A stretch of 64,000 bases of DNA. Source: Azolla caroliniana (Eukaryota > Plantae > Polypodiophyta). A program made the position numbers and the translations under genes. The DNA lies in the NCBI GenBank assembly GCA_043228905.1, contig JBHGNT010000011.1:1-64000 (forward strand), given 5' to 3'. Below the pieces are notes generated by a model that did not search any database, was not told the DNA's origin, and was given only the letters and a program-made list of their open reading frames with translations. Every line of letters begins with the position of its first letter. Position 1 is the stretch's first letter. This document shows positions 61,545-64,000 of this stretch, in pieces.

Positions 61545-63688
61545 CGATCCTTCTAGGAAATGACACCATTGTTCGAATGAGTCGACCATAGCTAGTAACT
61601 CCCTGTCATGCACCTCATAGTTTATCTCCGCACCAGTAAATTTCCTCAAGTGAAACATGACTGGATGAGTGTGCCTGTCCTCGCCTAGTTGTGATAGGAC
61701 ACTCCCCAATGCGAAGTCTGACGCATTTGCCTCAATAGTAAATGACTTTTCGAGATGAATATGCGCTAGGATATGTGCTGATGTGAATGCCTCTTTTAGC
61801 TAAGTAAAAGCCTCGTTCGCTTCGATACTCCAAGAAAATGCTTGATTTTTCTCGGTGAGTTGGCTGAGGGGCAACACAATGCTTGAATAATTGCGTATGA
61901 ATTTACGATAGAAGTTCGCAAATCCGAGGAAACATTGGGCGTCCCAAGTTGAGCATGGGGGTTTCCATTCCAATATTGTTCGAAGTTTTGCCGGATCCAT
62001 GAAAATACCCTTGGATGAAATAGCGTATCCCAAAAATTCGACTTGTTTGCAATCAAAACTGCATTTCTCAAGTTTGGCATAAAGACCATACTTTCTTAGG
62101 CGTTCAAGTACTTTCCGCACATGTATATCATGCTCCTTCTATGTTTTAGAGTAAATCAACAAATCATACAGGTAGATGATGAGAAAGATATCCAAGAAAT
62201 CCCGAAAAATGTCATTTGCCATATGTTGAAAAACTGTTGGTGCATTTGTGAGCCCAAAAGGCATGACTCTATGCTCGAAATGACCATACCAAGTATGAAA
62301 TGCAGTTTTCCACTCATCTCTCGATCGAATTCGAACAAGATTATATGCATCCCTTAGATCAATTTTGGTAAAATGCTTGGCCCCATCAATGCGTTCTAAA
62401 AGACTGGAGATTAAAGGAAGAGCATACCTATTCCTTATGGTGACTTTATTTAAGCCTCGATAGTCCACGACCAAACGAAGGGAGCCGTCCTTTTTCTTCA
62501 CGAAAAAGATAGGAGCACCAGCTGGAGACTTTGAATGTCGAATAAACCCATGTTCAAGATTTTCCTCAATGTATTCTCGAAGAACCTCAAGCTCAGTGGG
62601 TGATAAATTGTAAATCGGACCCCACGATGGCTCTTTTCCTAGTTGGAGATCAATAGGACAGTCGTACAGCCGATGCTTTGGAAGAACACTAAACTTGACT
62701 TTGTCGAAAACATCAGCATAGTCTTGATCTTTTTTGGGAATTTAGATGTCGGAATTCCCTTGAGTCGCACTAGAAGGTGTCACTAATACTGCAAATAAGA
62801 AGAGGACCTCCTTGCCTCCCATTTGGCACAATTGTTCTAAGGTGATGGCTAAAATTCGATGAGAAGGAAATGGTGCATTGGTAGCACTATATTCTTTAAG
62901 AGAATAATCCTGAGTTTGATCCTTGGCAATGATATTTTCTGCCAAAGGGTACCAAATTTCTTGCTTCCTCCAATCGATTCTAGGGTTATGTAGCTCGAAC
63001 CATGGCAAACCGAGGATAATTGGATGTGCAGGACTACGGATTATGTTAAAGGAAACTACACACCTAAATCACCTAAGAGTATGTGTATTAGCTCAGACTC
63101 TTCGAATATCTTCCCAAAAGCAATGGGATGTCCATCAATCACTACTACAGAAACTGGGCAAGGAAGTATATGCAAGGATATTTGGTGTTTTTGGGTAAAA
63201 TCTCTATCCATGAAACAAAAATTGGCTCCAGTATCTAAGAGGGCTTGGACTTGAAGTTGACAACTCGGTGTCCTAACCTGTACTTGGGCTGAGAAGACTC
63301 AACTAACATGCTTGGAAGAAATGGAACCCACACTAGGTTGTACATATCAAGGGTTGTTCAACCAAATGGCTCCTATTTTGGCCAGACTTATTCGTTTGAC
63401 TCCTCTTCTAATTGGCTTAGTACTTCAAACATATTGAACAAGGGTGGATTATTCATAATATTAGATTCACTAACTGCTTCTAAAATGTTGGACTCATTTT
63501 TATTGTCATAGTGAATTTGATTTACCTGATGTCTCGGCCTATGGGAGCAATGAATGGTTATATGTCCTGGACCTCTGCAATATAAGCACAAATGGTTTGC
63601 TAGGCGTCGTTGCTTCTCTTTCTCCGACAACGGCCCTCGTCGTTGAGTCATGTCAATCTCCATGGGCGTTGTCGTGAAGTTTCTGGCC

Positions 63689-64000
63689 TGTAGTGAGAAA
63701 CTGGAAGATATTGAAAGAAACGGCAAGGTGCAACGTGTGCACCCACTCTTGTACAAAATTAGCATAGGAGTTAGGGGCGCCGAATGGTAAATAACTCGGG
63801 ACAAAGGATCCCATGTAATAGGGATTTATCCCCATGAATACGAAGCAAGAAGATAACCAAATGGACAAGAAAGAAGATAGTATTAAAGGAAAGAGTCCAT
63901 AACTGGTGTTGTTCACCTTGAATTCCTTCAAGGTGAACTCCTCTATTTATACTACATGGCCTGCATACTTCTTGCACGCATGTGAATCTACAATAGAGCA
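63689..64000 (-). mobile_element. Partial LTR related to element A, inserted in the gag of element C and cut by the window edge
   Basis: About 63846-64000 is the near reverse complement of LTR 44048-44203. 63689-63845 is a different U5-side sequence ending in CA on the minus strand. Confidence 0.7.

Larger units (their letters stand above)
55895..63688 (-). mobile_element. Degenerate Tcn1/Tf-like chromovirus (element C); 5' part lies outside the window
   Basis: 3' LTR at 55895-56339 (TG...CA), PPT at 56340-56350, chromodomain YEVAAILDSK...YLVDWLGY, INT at 56700-57700, RNase H split at 58116/61545, RT at 61800-62700, PR LLDTGA at about 63230, gag knuckle CLYCRGPGHITIHC at about 63560. Confidence 0.88.

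Overview
Left end of a land-plant chromosome, probably a non-seed plant such as a fern given the Tcn1-like chromoviruses (inference). About 6.2 kb of (CCCTAAA)n telomere is fused directly into the reading frame of a decayed DUF7869/Sola-like DDE transposase. The TE-dense subtelomere holds one apparently intact host gene, a multi-exon tRNA 2'-phosphotransferase (TPT1/KptA, about 19378-23870), and a partial second copy of it. It also holds two full-length Ty1/copia elements, L1 fragments, a 17 kb three-level Ty3/gypsy nest (37898-54903) whose innermost member is an intact chromovirus with apparently identical LTRs, and a second nest running off the window. The most notable signals are: (1) Tf1-style self-priming (11-nt PBS complementary to the predicted transcript 5' end) that covaries across two chromovirus families, with a hairpin at the U3/R border; (2) tRNA-like Pol III A/B-box modules at the U3 ends of LTRs and arrayed behind the DNA transposase; (3) two telomerase footprints, a healed chromosome end and an interstitial telomeric insert ending in the GGGTTTAG register. 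All coordinates were read by eye and may be off by a few bases.
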